A stretch of 64,000 nt of DNA from an uncultured Clostridia bacterium (GTDB lineage Bacteria; Bacillota; Clostridia; TANB77; CAG-465): contig CARYZD010000010.1 in the NCBI GenBank assembly GCA_949106495.1, forward strand, positions 4,790-68,789, read 5' to 3'. The translations under genes were made by a program, and so were the position numbers. This document shows, in pieces, positions 46,953 to 58,168 of the stretch. Position 1 is the first letter of the stretch; each line of letters begins with the position of its first letter. The notes below the pieces were generated by a model. That model was not told the origin of the DNA. It saw only the letters and a program-made list of their open reading frames with translations, and made no database searches.

Positions 46953-47207
46953 TTAAATAAAAAATCCAATTACGATTAATGCTATAACTCCTGGTACTCC
47001 TAAAATACCTGCAATTAAAGCTGTCACAATATTAAACGGAATTGTTATTCCTATTGTTGCTCCAAATGTATTAACAAGAACAATCATTACTATTCCAAGC
47101 ACTATATTTAATGCTAATTTAATAATTTTCTTAACTGGCCATGCCAAAAGTTTAGCTACCACAATAACTGCTATTGCAGCAAATATTAAAACAACATATT
47201 CAGCCAT
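46953..47207 (-). CDS. bofA: Pro-sigma-K processing inhibitor BofA
   Basis: An 84-aa two-TM protein with the BofA-like pattern (LLAWPVKKIIKLALN...GILGVPG). Confidence 0.75.
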   Translation of the reverse strand: MAEYVVLIFAAIAVIVVAKLLAWPVKKIIKLALNIVLGIVMIVLVNTFGATIGITIPFNIVTALIAGILGVPGVIALIVIGFFI

Positions 47208-47217
47208 ATTATTCCCC

Positions 47218-48480
47218 CTATATTATTCTAATTATATCTTTTATAGTTACAAATAATGTTAATGCAAGAAGTAATCCAAGTCCAATATATGAAATAGCTA
47301 CTTCTACGTTTTCAGATACTTTTTTTCTTGTAATTGATTCAATTAATACAATTACAATCTTTCCTCCATCAAGTGGTGGAAATGGTAATATATTTGCAAC
47401 ACCAACCGCCATACTAATCATTGCCATTAAGTAGAAGAAATTTAATATACCTGAGCTTTTAGACACTACTTCTCCTATACCAACAATTCCTGACATATTA
47501 GATATTGATACTTTTCCAGTAAATAAATTTACATATGAACCAACTATATTTTTTATATTTTCAAAAGTTTCTGTAAAAGCAGTACCTATTGTTGATTTAG
47601 TTGTAGCAACACTTGCAATTCCTAAATCAAAAACAGCTTTTTCTTCAGGGATTACAGTAAATTCTTTTATTTCTTCCCCTCTTTGAACCTTTACTTTAAC
47701 TTCTTGGCCTGCTTTATCTTTAATTTCACTTATTATATCTAAAGCACCTGGTGTAGATACTTCATTTACTGATAAAATAATATCTCCAGATTTAAGTCCA
47801 ACTTTTGCAGCACTTGTTCCTGCTCCAGTAAGCTCAATTACATTTGTTGATTTACCCTCATCATCTTGTTCAAAAGTAATACCAATTTTACCTTCTGTTC
47901 TTTGAGCATTTTTTACTGTAGTAGAATGAATTTCTCCATTTCTTTCATATTTTATCTCTATATCTGTTTCACCATTATCTAATGTAAAATTAGATATTTG
48001 ACTATATAAATTAATTTTCTTTCCATTTATTTCTACAATCTTATCATCTGCTTGTAGTCCAGCTTCAATAAGAACTGAATCTTCATTATATGATTTTATT
48101 TGTGTTGTTGCAACGTTTCCTGGCATATAAACAGCAATAAATACTACAAGAGCTAAAATAAAATTAAATATAACTCCCATAGATAAAATTATTATTTTTT
48201 CAAAAGCATTTTTCTTTTGGTATGAAGTATCACTGTTTTTACTTTCTTCAGTTGCTTCTTCTCCTTCTATTGCACAATAACCTCCAAGAGGTAACCATCT
48301 AAGAGAATACATTGTACCTTTATATTTTTTTTGAACTATTTTAGGTCCAAAACCAATTGAAAATTCATCTACTCCAACACCTAGCATTTTACTTGCAATA
48401 AAATGTCCAAATTCATGAATAGTTGCAACACTAAGTATTATTACTAATAGTTTTATTATAGTTATTAAAAAACTAACCAA
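47218..48480 (-). CDS. rseP: RIP site-2 zinc metalloprotease RseP/RasP
   Basis: HEFGHFIASK (HExxH), PDZ segments, and the C-terminal NILPFPPLDGG motif. Confidence 0.9.
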   Translation of the reverse strand: MVSFLITIIKLLVIILSVATIHEFGHFIASKMLGVGVDEFSIGFGPKIVQKKYKGTMYSLRWLPLGGYCAIEGEEATEESKNSDTSYQKKNAFEKIIILSMGVIFNFILALVVFIAVYMPGNVATTQIKSYNEDSVLIEAGLQADDKIVEINGKKINLYSQISNFTLDNGETDIEIKYERNGEIHSTTVKNAQRTEGKIGITFEQDDEGKSTNVIELTGAGTSAAKVGLKSGDIILSVNEVSTPGALDIISEIKDKAGQEVKVKVQRGEEIKEFTVIPEEKAVFDLGIASVATTKSTIGTAFTETFENIKNIVGSYVNLFTGKVSISNMSGIVGIGEVVSKSSGILNFFYLMAMISMAVGVANILPFPPLDGGKIVIVLIESITRKKVSENVEVAISYIGLGLLLALTLFVTIKDIIRII

Positions 48481-48495
48481 TTTTTTTCCTCCTTA

Positions 48496-49320
48496 TTATA
48501 TTAGACTAATTAATTGTATAAAAATATATACCATTGGTGATATAAACATTATGCTATCAAATCTATCTAATATTCCGCCATGTCCTGGTAATAAATTACT
48601 AAAATCTTTTTGTATACAATATCTTTTAATTGATGAAGCAGCTAAGTCTCCAATTTGACCCACAATACTAAATACTGCTCCCATGATTATCATTATTATT
48701 ATATTAAACTCAGTACTAAAATATGTATTTGTTATATAACATAGTATGCCAGTTGCTACCATTGCAGCGATAATTCCTGCAATCGTTCCTTCTATACTCT
48801 TCTTAGGACTAACAACTGGAGATAATTTATGTTTTCCAAATCTTGAACCAATTTCATATGCAAATGTATCTGTTGCTGTTGCACATACAAATGCTAAAAT
48901 AACTAATATTCTACCATGTGGTTCTATAAATAATAATTTTATAAATGAAAATAAAAATGGTACATATAATATTGAAAAAAATGTAATAGCTATATCTATA
49001 ATACTAACTTTTAATTCTTTTATAACAATATATGCAAATGATGCAACCATAAGTATCGGTAAAGCAATCATTACAATTTTTAATAACACTTCCAAACTAA
49101 CATTTCCTATTAATGGAATCAACAAACAAGCTATATATCCAATTATAGATAGTGGATGATGTCCTTTAGCTTTAAAACATCTATTACATTCATACATTCC
49201 AAGAATAGATAACAATGTAACAAATATAGAATCAATTATTCTATTGTTAAAAACTAGAACTGATACTATAACCACTACAAAAACAATACCAGTTGTTATT
49301 CTTTTTATTCCTTCTCTCAA
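48496..49320 (-). CDS. cdsA: Phosphatidate cytidylyltransferase
   Basis: Polytopic membrane protein with the CdsA signature SSIKRYCIQKDFSNLLPGHGGILDRFDS. Confidence 0.9.
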   Translation of the reverse strand: MREGIKRITTGIVFVVVIVSVLVFNNRIIDSIFVTLLSILGMYECNRCFKAKGHHPLSIIGYIACLLIPLIGNVSLEVLLKIVMIALPILMVASFAYIVIKELKVSIIDIAITFFSILYVPFLFSFIKLLFIEPHGRILVILAFVCATATDTFAYEIGSRFGKHKLSPVVSPKKSIEGTIAGIIAAMVATGILCYITNTYFSTEFNIIIMIIMGAVFSIVGQIGDLAASSIKRYCIQKDFSNLLPGHGGILDRFDSIMFISPMVYIFIQLISLI

Positions 49321-49341
49321 TTTATTTTCTCCTAACCTTAA

Positions 49342-49890
49342 TTATACTTCCATAACCTCTTTTTCTTTATCTGCAACAACTGTTTCTACTTTATTTGTAT
49401 ATTTATCTGTTATTTTTTGAATTTTTTCTTCTGCACCCTTTAATTCATCTTCAGTCATTTCATTATTATTTTTAAGTTTTTTAGCATCATCTATTCCATC
49501 TCTTCTAACATTTCTAATAGCAACTTTTGCTTCTTCACCTAAACTTCTAACTTCTTTTACTATTTGTTTTCTTCTTTCTTCATTTAACTCTGGAAATGTA
49601 AGTCTAATTCCATTACCATCATTAATTGGGTTTACTCCAATTTCTGCAACTTGAATTGCTTTTGTAATTGCACCAAGAAGTGATCTATCCCATGGTGTAA
49701 TTAATATTTGTCTTGCTTCTGGTACAGAAATTGCACCTATTTGATTTAATGGAGTTTGTACTCCATAATATTCTACTGTAATTTTATTTAAAATAGCAGG
49801 ATTTGCACGTCCAGCTCTAATAGCTGCTAATTCATCACATAAATAATCTACAGCCTTTTGCATTTTATCTTCAATTTCTTGATATTCCAT
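49342..49890 (-). CDS. frr: Ribosome recycling factor
   Basis: LAAIRAGRANPAILN...YYGVQTPLNQIG...IRNVRRDG, canonical Frr motifs. Confidence 0.95.
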   Translation of the reverse strand: MEYQEIEDKMQKAVDYLCDELAAIRAGRANPAILNKITVEYYGVQTPLNQIGAISVPEARQILITPWDRSLLGAITKAIQVAEIGVNPINDGNGIRLTFPELNEERRKQIVKEVRSLGEEAKVAIRNVRRDGIDDAKKLKNNNEMTEDELKGAEEKIQKITDKYTNKVETVVADKEKEVMEV

Positions 49891-49954
49891 AATTTAACTC
49901 TCCTTTAATTTTCTCATATAATTATTATACAATAAAATTATAAAAAAGCAATAA

Positions 49955-51925
49955 TTAATATCCATACAAATACTCATTTCTACTTTTTTTAAATTTTAAC
50001 ACCTTATTTCTGACATAACTTTCTAATTTGTTCATAAATTCATCTGCTGAAATCTCTTTTTGTTCTACCATTGCAAGACCCTTTTCCCAGCTTGCTGTAA
50101 GTTCTGGATTTAGAATATCTGGTATAGTATTTACAACAATATCATATATTGCTTCTCCTCTTTTAGTTGGAGTCAATATTTGAGTTTTAGAATTTGTTGC
50201 AATATAGTCTATTCTTTCTAGTTTTTTTATTATTTCACCTCTAGTTGCACTTGTTCCTATTCCACTACCTTTTATTTGTTCTCTTAGTTCTTCATCTTCA
50301 ATAAGTTTTCCTGCATTTTCCATCGCAAGAATCATTGCACCAGAATTATATCTTTTAGGTGGAGTTGTCTCTCCTTCCTTAATATTATATACTTTTATTT
50401 CTAAAACATCATTTTTCTTTAATTTTGAAAGTACTTCAATATTTTCGTTTGTACTCTCATCAGCATCTTTTGATTTTTCTTCATCTACTATTTTTATATT
50501 CTTATCATTCTTATATATTTCTAAATATCCAATATTAGTACATACTTTACCATTTGCAAAAAATCTTTCTTCTCCAACTTTTATTGTTATAGATAATCTA
50601 TTGTATTCAGCAGCAGGATAAAATATTGCTAAAAATCTTTTAACTATTAATTCATATACATTTCTTTCTAATTCCGTTAATTTAGATAAATTTTCTTTTC
50701 CTTCTCCTGTTGGAATTATTGCGTAGTGATCAGTAATTTTACTATCATCAACATATTTTGTCTTTTCAAGTTTAGTACTATACTTTTCTGTTGACATTTT
50801 TTTAATCATTTCATTAATATCATCACTAATATTTAATTTTGCAATTCCATTTAAATTCTTAGTTATAACTTTCGCTATTGCAGTAGAAAGAACTCTTGCA
50901 TCTGTTCTTGGATAAGTTACTAGCTTCTTTTCATATAAACTTTGAATTGTTTGAAGTGTTTGGTCTGGACTAATTTTAAATTTTCTAGTACATTCATTTT
51001 GTGCTTCTGCTAAATTAAATAATAATGGTGGATTTTCTTTTGTTTTCTTTTTAGTAATACTCTCTACAACTGCTTTATCTGATTTTTTTAAATACTCAAT
51101 AAATTTTTCTGCATCTTCCTTTTTCTTAAATCCAGTTTCATTATATAATCTAGGTGATTCAAAAACACATGAGCCTTCAACTGATTTAAAATCTCCAAGA
51201 ATATCCGCCTCTTTAGCAAATGTTCCTTGAATTTTATAAAAATTAACTTTTTTAAAATTTCTAATTTCTCTTTCCCTATTTACTATTAGACCAAGTACAC
51301 ATGTCATTACTCTACCTATTGAAATAACAGCTCTATCTTCATTCATAATTTTTGCTAAATTTCTTGCATACATAAGCGAAATTAGTCTTGAAAAATTAAT
51401 TCCTATTAAATAATCTTCTTTTGCTCTTAAATATGCTGCATCAGATAAACTATTATATTCTGTTATATCTTTTGCTTCATTTATACCTCTTAAGATTTCT
51501 TCTTCAGTTTGTGAATCAATCCATACTCTTTTAAGTTTTGCGTTAGGATTAGGATTTGCCATCATAAATACAAGTCTTTGTATATATTCTCCCTCTCTTC
51601 CAGAGTCACCCGCATTATATATAGTATCTACATCTTCTCTTTGAAGTAATGTTTTAATTATATTAAATTGTTTACCTTGAACTCCTGGTAATATTTCATA
51701 TTTCCACTCCTGTGGTAAAAATGGTAAAGTATCAAGTCTCCACATTTTTAACTTTTCATCATAAACTTCTGGATAACTCATTGTAACTAAATGTCCATAA
51801 CACCATGTTATTATCCATTCGTCTGATTCAATATATCCATCTTTTCTATTTGTGTTTATTTTTAAAGCTTTAGCAAATTCCATTGCAACGCTTGGTTTTT
51901 CTGTTACTATTACTTTTTTTGCCAT
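49955..51925 (-). CDS. topB: Type IA DNA topoisomerase (topoisomerase III-like)
   Basis: Toprim start MAKKVIVTEKPSVA, DSGREGE, the active-site region LVTYPRTD, and no C-terminal zinc-ribbon array. Confidence 0.85.
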   Translation of the reverse strand: MAKKVIVTEKPSVAMEFAKALKINTNRKDGYIESDEWIITWCYGHLVTMSYPEVYDEKLKMWRLDTLPFLPQEWKYEILPGVQGKQFNIIKTLLQREDVDTIYNAGDSGREGEYIQRLVFMMANPNPNAKLKRVWIDSQTEEEILRGINEAKDITEYNSLSDAAYLRAKEDYLIGINFSRLISLMYARNLAKIMNEDRAVISIGRVMTCVLGLIVNREREIRNFKKVNFYKIQGTFAKEADILGDFKSVEGSCVFESPRLYNETGFKKKEDAEKFIEYLKKSDKAVVESITKKKTKENPPLLFNLAEAQNECTRKFKISPDQTLQTIQSLYEKKLVTYPRTDARVLSTAIAKVITKNLNGIAKLNISDDINEMIKKMSTEKYSTKLEKTKYVDDSKITDHYAIIPTGEGKENLSKLTELERNVYELIVKRFLAIFYPAAEYNRLSITIKVGEERFFANGKVCTNIGYLEIYKNDKNIKIVDEEKSKDADESTNENIEVLSKLKKNDVLEIKVYNIKEGETTPPKRYNSGAMILAMENAGKLIEDEELREQIKGSGIGTSATRGEIIKKLERIDYIATNSKTQILTPTKRGEAIYDIVVNTIPDILNPELTASWEKGLAMVEQKEISADEFMNKLESYVRNKVLKFKKSRNEYLYGY

Positions 51926-52069
51926 ATCTATCTCCTCAAACTTTCTTTATTATACACTAAAAAAAAGAATAAAGCAAAAATTAATTATTATTATTTCTTG
52001 TATAATTTTGTATCAGAAAAGAAAAAACTCATCTAACTGTATTAGTTAGATAAGTTTTCTATTCTAATT

Positions 52070-53356
52070 CTATTGTCTACCACTATAAAACACTCTAGTT
52101 TTAGTAGTATCATAACCTTTTGCCTCTATAAGTTCAGAAACAGTAACAAACTCATATCCTGCCTCATCTAATTGTGATACTATTTTTTCCAAGGCTGGTA
52201 TTGTAGTAGCATGAATATCATGTAATAATATAATATCTGCATCTTCAACATGTTCCATTACAAGTGGTACAATTTTACTTTCATCTCTACTTTTCCAATC
52301 CAATGAATCAATATTCCATAATATTAGTGGATATTCTTTTAATGCATTTTTTACATTATCATTTACTGAACCATATGGTGGTCTAACAAGTTTAGGCCTT
52401 TGACCTGTTATATTAAAAATAGCATCAGAAGTTCTACTTACCTCTTGTATAACTTCATCTGTTGATATTTTAGTAAGTTGCTTATGACTCCATGTATGTA
52501 TCCCTATTTCACTTCCAGAATTATACACAGCTTTTACAACATTACTATTATTCTCTACATTTTGTCCAACCATAAAAAATGTAGCTTTAGCATTATGTTC
52601 TTTTAATATATCTAATACTTTTTGAGTATTTACAGGATGAGGTCCATCATCTAGTGTTATTGCTACCATCTTTTTAGAAGATTCTACTTTCTTTGAAAAT
52701 AAATTATCATATTCTTCTTTGGTAATATTTAAATTTTTAACTGTAAGAATTTTACTATTTAAAAATTCTTTTAAATTACTATAATCATATGTACTCTTAA
52801 CTGAGTCATTATAAAATTCAATTTCTTTTTCTTTTAAAAGATAATTATCTGAATATAAATTTGATAACTTTTCTTTATATTCAGGTTTGAACATATCATC
52901 TAATGTTATAATCTTTTGTTCCTTTAAATTATAGTTAAAAGTTTTAATATTTGTTTTATAGCCATCCTCATACACATTTTTAATAATATAAGTGATTTTA
53001 ACACTTACAATATCATCATTTACTTTATATGTATCTATAACTTGTTTTAAAACTGCCTTTTCATTTTTCTTTACTTTATTTAATGTAGATGTACTTTCCC
53101 TTACACTATTTATTAAATTATTAGTATAATTATTAACTCCTTCATCAATAAAAGTATTAGAATTAATTTCATCATAATATAATTCATAACTTGTACTAAT
53201 ATCTTGTAAACTTAATACCTCCCCAAATTCAACTTTTTCTGAATTTAATACTGGTATTTCAAGTACAATATTCATGCTTGTCCATACTAGATTACAAATA
53301 ATTAAAGTGATAATAACTGTAAGTATAGCTATAACTACTCTTGTTATTTTTTTCAT
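52070..53356 (-). CDS. Polysaccharide/peptidoglycan deacetylase (NodB homology domain) with N-terminal anchor and accessory domain
   Basis: NodB motifs AITLDDGPH, HTWSH, RPPYG and LLHD. Confidence 0.85.
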   Translation of the reverse strand: MKKITRVVIAILTVIITLIICNLVWTSMNIVLEIPVLNSEKVEFGEVLSLQDISTSYELYYDEINSNTFIDEGVNNYTNNLINSVRESTSTLNKVKKNEKAVLKQVIDTYKVNDDIVSVKITYIIKNVYEDGYKTNIKTFNYNLKEQKIITLDDMFKPEYKEKLSNLYSDNYLLKEKEIEFYNDSVKSTYDYSNLKEFLNSKILTVKNLNITKEEYDNLFSKKVESSKKMVAITLDDGPHPVNTQKVLDILKEHNAKATFFMVGQNVENNSNVVKAVYNSGSEIGIHTWSHKQLTKISTDEVIQEVSRTSDAIFNITGQRPKLVRPPYGSVNDNVKNALKEYPLILWNIDSLDWKSRDESKIVPLVMEHVEDADIILLHDIHATTIPALEKIVSQLDEAGYEFVTVSELIEAKGYDTTKTRVFYSGRQ

Positions 53357-53530
53357 ATAAATTCCCCCTTACTTAATAATTTCTTTTCAAACGACAATAA
53401 CTTCAATAAAAGCTATTTTTTCTACAATTTATGCATATAAATTATACACCTAATATTATGTAAAATCAAGATATTACAAAAATATAAATAATAAAAAGAG
53501 AAAATACAAAATATATTTTCTCAAAAATTA

Positions 53531-54088
53531 TTACTCCATTGCTTTAGGTTCCTGATTTTGTACCATACTGTCAACATTTTGCCTTTCAATAGACTGTATA
53601 TTTCTTTCTCTTTGTTCTCTTTCATGAGTATTTTTTTCTGAGACTTCAGGAGAATTTACTTTACCTCTAAGACTGCTTAAAAATTTGTTTTTTTCTTCAT
53701 CTGTTTCAGCTAACTCATATTCGTTTAATCTCTTTTTTAAATGTTCTTGATTTCGTCTTATACCTTCAATATCTACTTCTGCCTCTTTTACATCAATTTG
53801 ATTTTCTTCATCTTTTATTAGCTTATCTGCACCTAATAAAGTTCCAACTAGATTATCTATTTCTTTTTCACTTAGAAGTCCTTTTTTTATCTTTTCTTTT
53901 AATACTCTTTTTAATCTAATATCATCTAAAGCCTCCTTATCATCTTTAAAAACATCCTCTTCAATTACATCTCTTACTTCATCACTATCTAGTGCATAGC
54001 CCTCTTTTTGCAATTGACTAATTCTCTCTCCTATTGATTTATAATTTTTTTCCTCTTTTATTTTTCTATCTTGTTCCATCTTTGTCAC
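53531..54088 (-). CDS. Hypothetical highly charged (Glu/Lys-rich) protein
   Basis: An ORF of 185 aa. No motif recognised. Likely coiled-coil. Confidence 0.5.
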   Translation of the reverse strand: MTKMEQDRKIKEEKNYKSIGERISQLQKEGYALDSDEVRDVIEEDVFKDDKEALDDIRLKRVLKEKIKKGLLSEKEIDNLVGTLLGADKLIKDEENQIDVKEAEVDIEGIRRNQEHLKKRLNEYELAETDEEKNKFLSSLRGKVNSPEVSEKNTHEREQRERNIQSIERQNVDSMVQNQEPKAME

Positions 54089-54157
54089 CTCATATAATAA
54101 TTATAACATAAAATAATATAAAAAAGCATCTAGCTAATGCTAAATGCTCTCTAATAA

Positions 54158-55321
54158 TTAATTTGTAACTGTATCAGTTGATGTTATTTCATCACTTCCA
54201 AGAGTTATTTCTATATCTTTATTATCTCCTGCTCTATATATTTTTATTTTAATTTTATCTCCAACATTTTTTTGATTTTTAATATCATTTAATTCTTGTT
54301 TTGATGTTACTTTCTTACCATCAAACTCAACTATTACATCACCTTTTTGTATTCCTGCTTCTGCTGCTGGTGAACCACCATATACTTGATATACATATAT
54401 ACCTTCTACAAGTTTATTTCTTTTAGCTGTATTTTCATCTAAATCTAATCCATAAATTCCAATATATGGTCTAATTATTTTTCCTGATACTTTAAGTTCT
54501 TCTATTATTTTTAAAGCATCATCACTTGGAATGGCAAACCCTAACCCTTCAACTGAAGTATCATTAATTTTTGCCGTATTTATTCCTATTACTTCACCTT
54601 TACTATTTACTAATGCACCACCACTATTTCCTGGATTTATTGCAGCATCTGTTTGAAGTACATTATATGTTCTTCCATCTGATGTAATACTTCTATGAAG
54701 TGCAGATATATATCCTACTGTTACACTTCCTGCAAATTCTTTACCTAGTGGATTACCAATTGCTACTGCCATTTCTCCTACATTTAGCTCTGAAGAACTG
54801 CCAAACTTAGCAGCAGATAAACCTTTAGCGTCTATTTTTAATAATGCTAAATCTGTAACATCATCTGTACCAACAATTTCAGCTTCGTATTCTTCTTCAT
54901 TGGATAATGTTATTTTTACAGCAGCACTTGAAGAATTAATTGCTTCTTCAATTACATGATAATTTGTAATTATATATCCATCATCTGAATAAATAATTCC
55001 TGAGCCTTCTGACTCACCTTCTGCAAGTTGTCCCCAAAAACTTTGTTCATAATATTTAACACTTACACCAACAACTGATGGACCAGCAATTTTTGCTACT
55101 GCTACTACTGGATTTTCCACATTTTCAACATTATATGTTGTATTATTTGAACCAGTAATCTGCATACCCTTTCCTTTAGTCATTACTAAATATGTTACAA
55201 GGGAACTTAAAACTGATGCAAATATTACAGCTATAATCATTACCAAAATCATTGGTGCTTTATTTCTTCTTTTTTCTGAAAAAAATTGTACATTGCTTGT
55301 TTTTATTTCATTATCTTCCAT
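54158..55321 (-). CDS. htrA: HtrA/DegP-family serine protease with PDZ domain
   Basis: N-terminal TM segment, the His region ITNYHVI, the Asp region DLALLKI, and the catalytic Ser motif GNSGGALVN. A C-terminal PDZ domain follows. Confidence 0.9.
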   Translation of the reverse strand: MEDNEIKTSNVQFFSEKRRNKAPMILVMIIAVIFASVLSSLVTYLVMTKGKGMQITGSNNTTYNVENVENPVVAVAKIAGPSVVGVSVKYYEQSFWGQLAEGESEGSGIIYSDDGYIITNYHVIEEAINSSSAAVKITLSNEEEYEAEIVGTDDVTDLALLKIDAKGLSAAKFGSSSELNVGEMAVAIGNPLGKEFAGSVTVGYISALHRSITSDGRTYNVLQTDAAINPGNSGGALVNSKGEVIGINTAKINDTSVEGLGFAIPSDDALKIIEELKVSGKIIRPYIGIYGLDLDENTAKRNKLVEGIYVYQVYGGSPAAEAGIQKGDVIVEFDGKKVTSKQELNDIKNQKNVGDKIKIKIYRAGDNKDIEITLGSDEITSTDTVTN

Positions 55322-55335
55322 AATATCACTCCTTC

Positions 55336-56571
55336 TTAATTTCTTCCTGCTGCAACAGCAGTTGAAAATGCAATTTGTAAATTAAAACCACCTGTTAAAG
55401 CATCAACATCTAACACTTCTCCAGCAAAAAATAAATTTTGTATTACCTTTGATTCCATAGTTTTGGGATTTACTTGTTTTACATCAACACCGCCACATGT
55501 AATTATTGCTATATCAATTGGCATAAATCCTGATAAATTTATTTTTAATTCTTTTATGCTTTTTACTAAATTTGCTCTTTCTTCTTTAGTAATCTGATGT
55601 ACTTTTTTATTTGAATCTATTCCACTTTTTTCTATTATTACTGGAATTAATTTTTGTGGTAGTAATTCATCTAATGAATTTTTAAACTCTTTATTTGTAA
55701 ATTTTTCAAAATCTCTTTGAATTCTTTTATCTAGTACTTCAATTGTTAAAGCAGGTTTTAAATCTACTACTCCATTTATTTTTTTATCTTTTAACTTACT
55801 ATCTACATTATCTATTCTATTTAAAATACTACTTCCACTAAGTATTATTGGACCTGTAAGTCCAAAATGTGCAAATAACATTTCTCCAAAAGAATCATAA
55901 ATTACTTTATCTGAATCTTTAATCTTAAAAGCTACATTTCTTAATGTAAGACCTTGTAATCTTTTACAAATATCATCACTTGATTTAAGAGGAATAAGAC
56001 CAGGTTTTAAATCTATTATGTTATGACCATATTTTCTTAATATATCATAACATTCGCCTGTACTTCCTGTTGTTTTATAACTCATACCACCTGTACAAAG
56101 TATAAACTTATCTGCATATATATCTAAGTTATTTGTCTTTATTCCTATTATATGCTCATCTTTAATAATAAAATCTTTTAAATATGTATTATATTTTATT
56201 TCTACATTATATTTATTTAAATTACTTATTAAAGCGTTTACAATATCTTCTGCTTTATCACTTATGGGAAATACTCTTCCACCACGTTCTACTTTTGTTA
56301 AAACGCCTAAATTTTCAAAATAATCAACAGTATCTTTATTTGTAAAATTCATAAAAGAACTATACATAAATTTTTCATTTTTTACTATATTACGTTTAAA
56401 ATCGTCTATGTCTCCATCAAAAGTAACATTACATCTTCCTTTTCCTGTAATTTTTATTTTATTTCCAAGACTTGATGTCTTTTCAATTAATGTAACTTTA
56501 TTTCCTTCTTTTGCACTGGTTATTGCAGCCATCATTCCAGCTGCGCCACCACCAATTACAACTACATTCAT
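55336..56571 (-). CDS. HI0933/YhiN-family FAD-dependent flavoprotein (aminoacetone oxidase family)
   Basis: VVVIGGGAAGMMAA dinucleotide fold and the C-terminal FAGEVLDVDALTGGFNLQ typical of HI0933-like proteins. Confidence 0.8.
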   Translation of the reverse strand: MNVVVIGGGAAGMMAAITSAKEGNKVTLIEKTSSLGNKIKITGKGRCNVTFDGDIDDFKRNIVKNEKFMYSSFMNFTNKDTVDYFENLGVLTKVERGGRVFPISDKAEDIVNALISNLNKYNVEIKYNTYLKDFIIKDEHIIGIKTNNLDIYADKFILCTGGMSYKTTGSTGECYDILRKYGHNIIDLKPGLIPLKSSDDICKRLQGLTLRNVAFKIKDSDKVIYDSFGEMLFAHFGLTGPIILSGSSILNRIDNVDSKLKDKKINGVVDLKPALTIEVLDKRIQRDFEKFTNKEFKNSLDELLPQKLIPVIIEKSGIDSNKKVHQITKEERANLVKSIKELKINLSGFMPIDIAIITCGGVDVKQVNPKTMESKVIQNLFFAGEVLDVDALTGGFNLQIAFSTAVAAGRN

Positions 56572-56572
56572 A

Positions 56573-57850
56573 TTACTCTCCTAACATTTTTTGAGTAGCA
56601 ATTAAAATTGCAAGTTTAGCTGATTCATATGAAAGTCCACCTTGCATATATGCTGCATATGGTTCTCTCATTGGAGAATCTGCTGAAAGTTCAATAGATG
56701 CTCCCTCCATAAATGTACCTGCTGCCATTATAACTTCATCTGCATAGCCTGGCATACTCCAAGGCATTGGTAAAACATTACTATCTATAGGAGATGCATA
56801 TTGTATACCTTGAATAAATTTAATTAATTTCTCTCTATCCCCAAAATTTATTATTTGTACTATATCACTTCTTTTATCTGTTGATTTAGGAAATACATCC
56901 ATCCCTAAATTTTCATATAATTTTGATGCAAATGTCATAGCTTTTAGTGCTGCTTCAACTACAGTTGGAGACATGAATAGTCCTTGAATTATATTTTGGT
57001 TTTGTCCTAAAGTTGAACCATTGTCTTTTTCAAGTCCAGGGCAATACAATTCTTGAACAACTTTATCTATTAAGTCTGCTTTACCACAAACATATCCACC
57101 CATTTCACATAGGCCACCACCTGCATTTTTAATTAAACTTCCACAACAAATATCTGCTCCCACAGCTGTTGGTTCTTTTGTTTCTGTGAATTCACCATAA
57201 CAGTTATCTACAAATATTATTACATCCTTATCTACACTTCTTATTTCTTTAATTACATTTTCTATATCTGAAATTAATAATGCTTTTCTAACTGCATATC
57301 CTCTTGATCTTTGAATATGAATTAATTTTACTTTGTTATTTTTTAGATACTCTTTAATATCTTCACATTTAAAATTATCTTCTTCATCTAAATCTATTTG
57401 AGAATATTTTATACCTCTGCTAATTAATGACATATCATTTTCTTCAAGACCAATTACAGTACACAATGTATCATATGGTCTACCAGAAATTGCAAGCATC
57501 TCATCTCCATAGTTTAGTAACGCTTTAAGCGCTGTTCCTAATGTATGTGTACCACTAACAAATTGTACTCTAACTAAAGCATCTTCTGTCTCAAATATAT
57601 TTGAATATAACTTTTCAATAGCTTCTCTTCCAATATCTCCATGTCCATATCCTGTAGATTTTCCAAAATGTGCTTGAGTTATTGGGACACTTTGAAAGGC
57701 TTTTAAAACTCTTGCTTGATTATATAAAGCATTCTCCTCCAATTCTTTAAAAATATCTTTTACTTCTTCTTCAGATTTTCTTGCTATTTTTTCTAAGTTC
57801 TCACTAATGTTAAATAATCTATATGCACTTTCCATTTCCTTTATCACCAT
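56573..57850 (-). CDS. YnbB-like PLP-dependent enzyme (methionine gamma-lyase family / aluminium resistance protein family)
   Basis: Length and the motifs GYGHGDIGREA...VSGTHTL...GSLIKNAGGG match the YnbB family as I remember it. Confidence 0.7.
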   Translation of the reverse strand: MVIKEMESAYRLFNISENLEKIARKSEEEVKDIFKELEENALYNQARVLKAFQSVPITQAHFGKSTGYGHGDIGREAIEKLYSNIFETEDALVRVQFVSGTHTLGTALKALLNYGDEMLAISGRPYDTLCTVIGLEENDMSLISRGIKYSQIDLDEEDNFKCEDIKEYLKNNKVKLIHIQRSRGYAVRKALLISDIENVIKEIRSVDKDVIIFVDNCYGEFTETKEPTAVGADICCGSLIKNAGGGLCEMGGYVCGKADLIDKVVQELYCPGLEKDNGSTLGQNQNIIQGLFMSPTVVEAALKAMTFASKLYENLGMDVFPKSTDKRSDIVQIINFGDREKLIKFIQGIQYASPIDSNVLPMPWSMPGYADEVIMAAGTFMEGASIELSADSPMREPYAAYMQGGLSYESAKLAILIATQKMLGE

Positions 57851-58017
57851 GAGTTATTATACCACAGTAATTGGTAAAAATAAACATATTATGTCTCTTT
57901 TCACCAAAACTTCACTACTAACACAGACTTTTCAAATATATAAATATTAATTATATAATTAAAATATAAACATGAAATGATAATTGGTCTGATATAGCAT
58001 GTTAAAGATTAGAACAC

Positions 58018-58046
58018 TTGACATAATTTAACACGTATAGTATAAT
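58018..58046 (+). promoter_or_regulatory. sigma-A consensus promoter TTGACA-17 nt-TATAAT
   Basis: TTGACA at 58018-58023 and TATAAT at 58041-58046. Confidence 0.6.
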
Positions 58047-58168
58047 TATCTCGCATTTAATATATATTGTATCTATTAAAATTATAAGATAAATAAAAAT
58101 TATATATTGTGTAATTTAATAAAGGAGGAAAAAATTTTTTCAAAGAAAATAATCAAAAGGAGGATATT

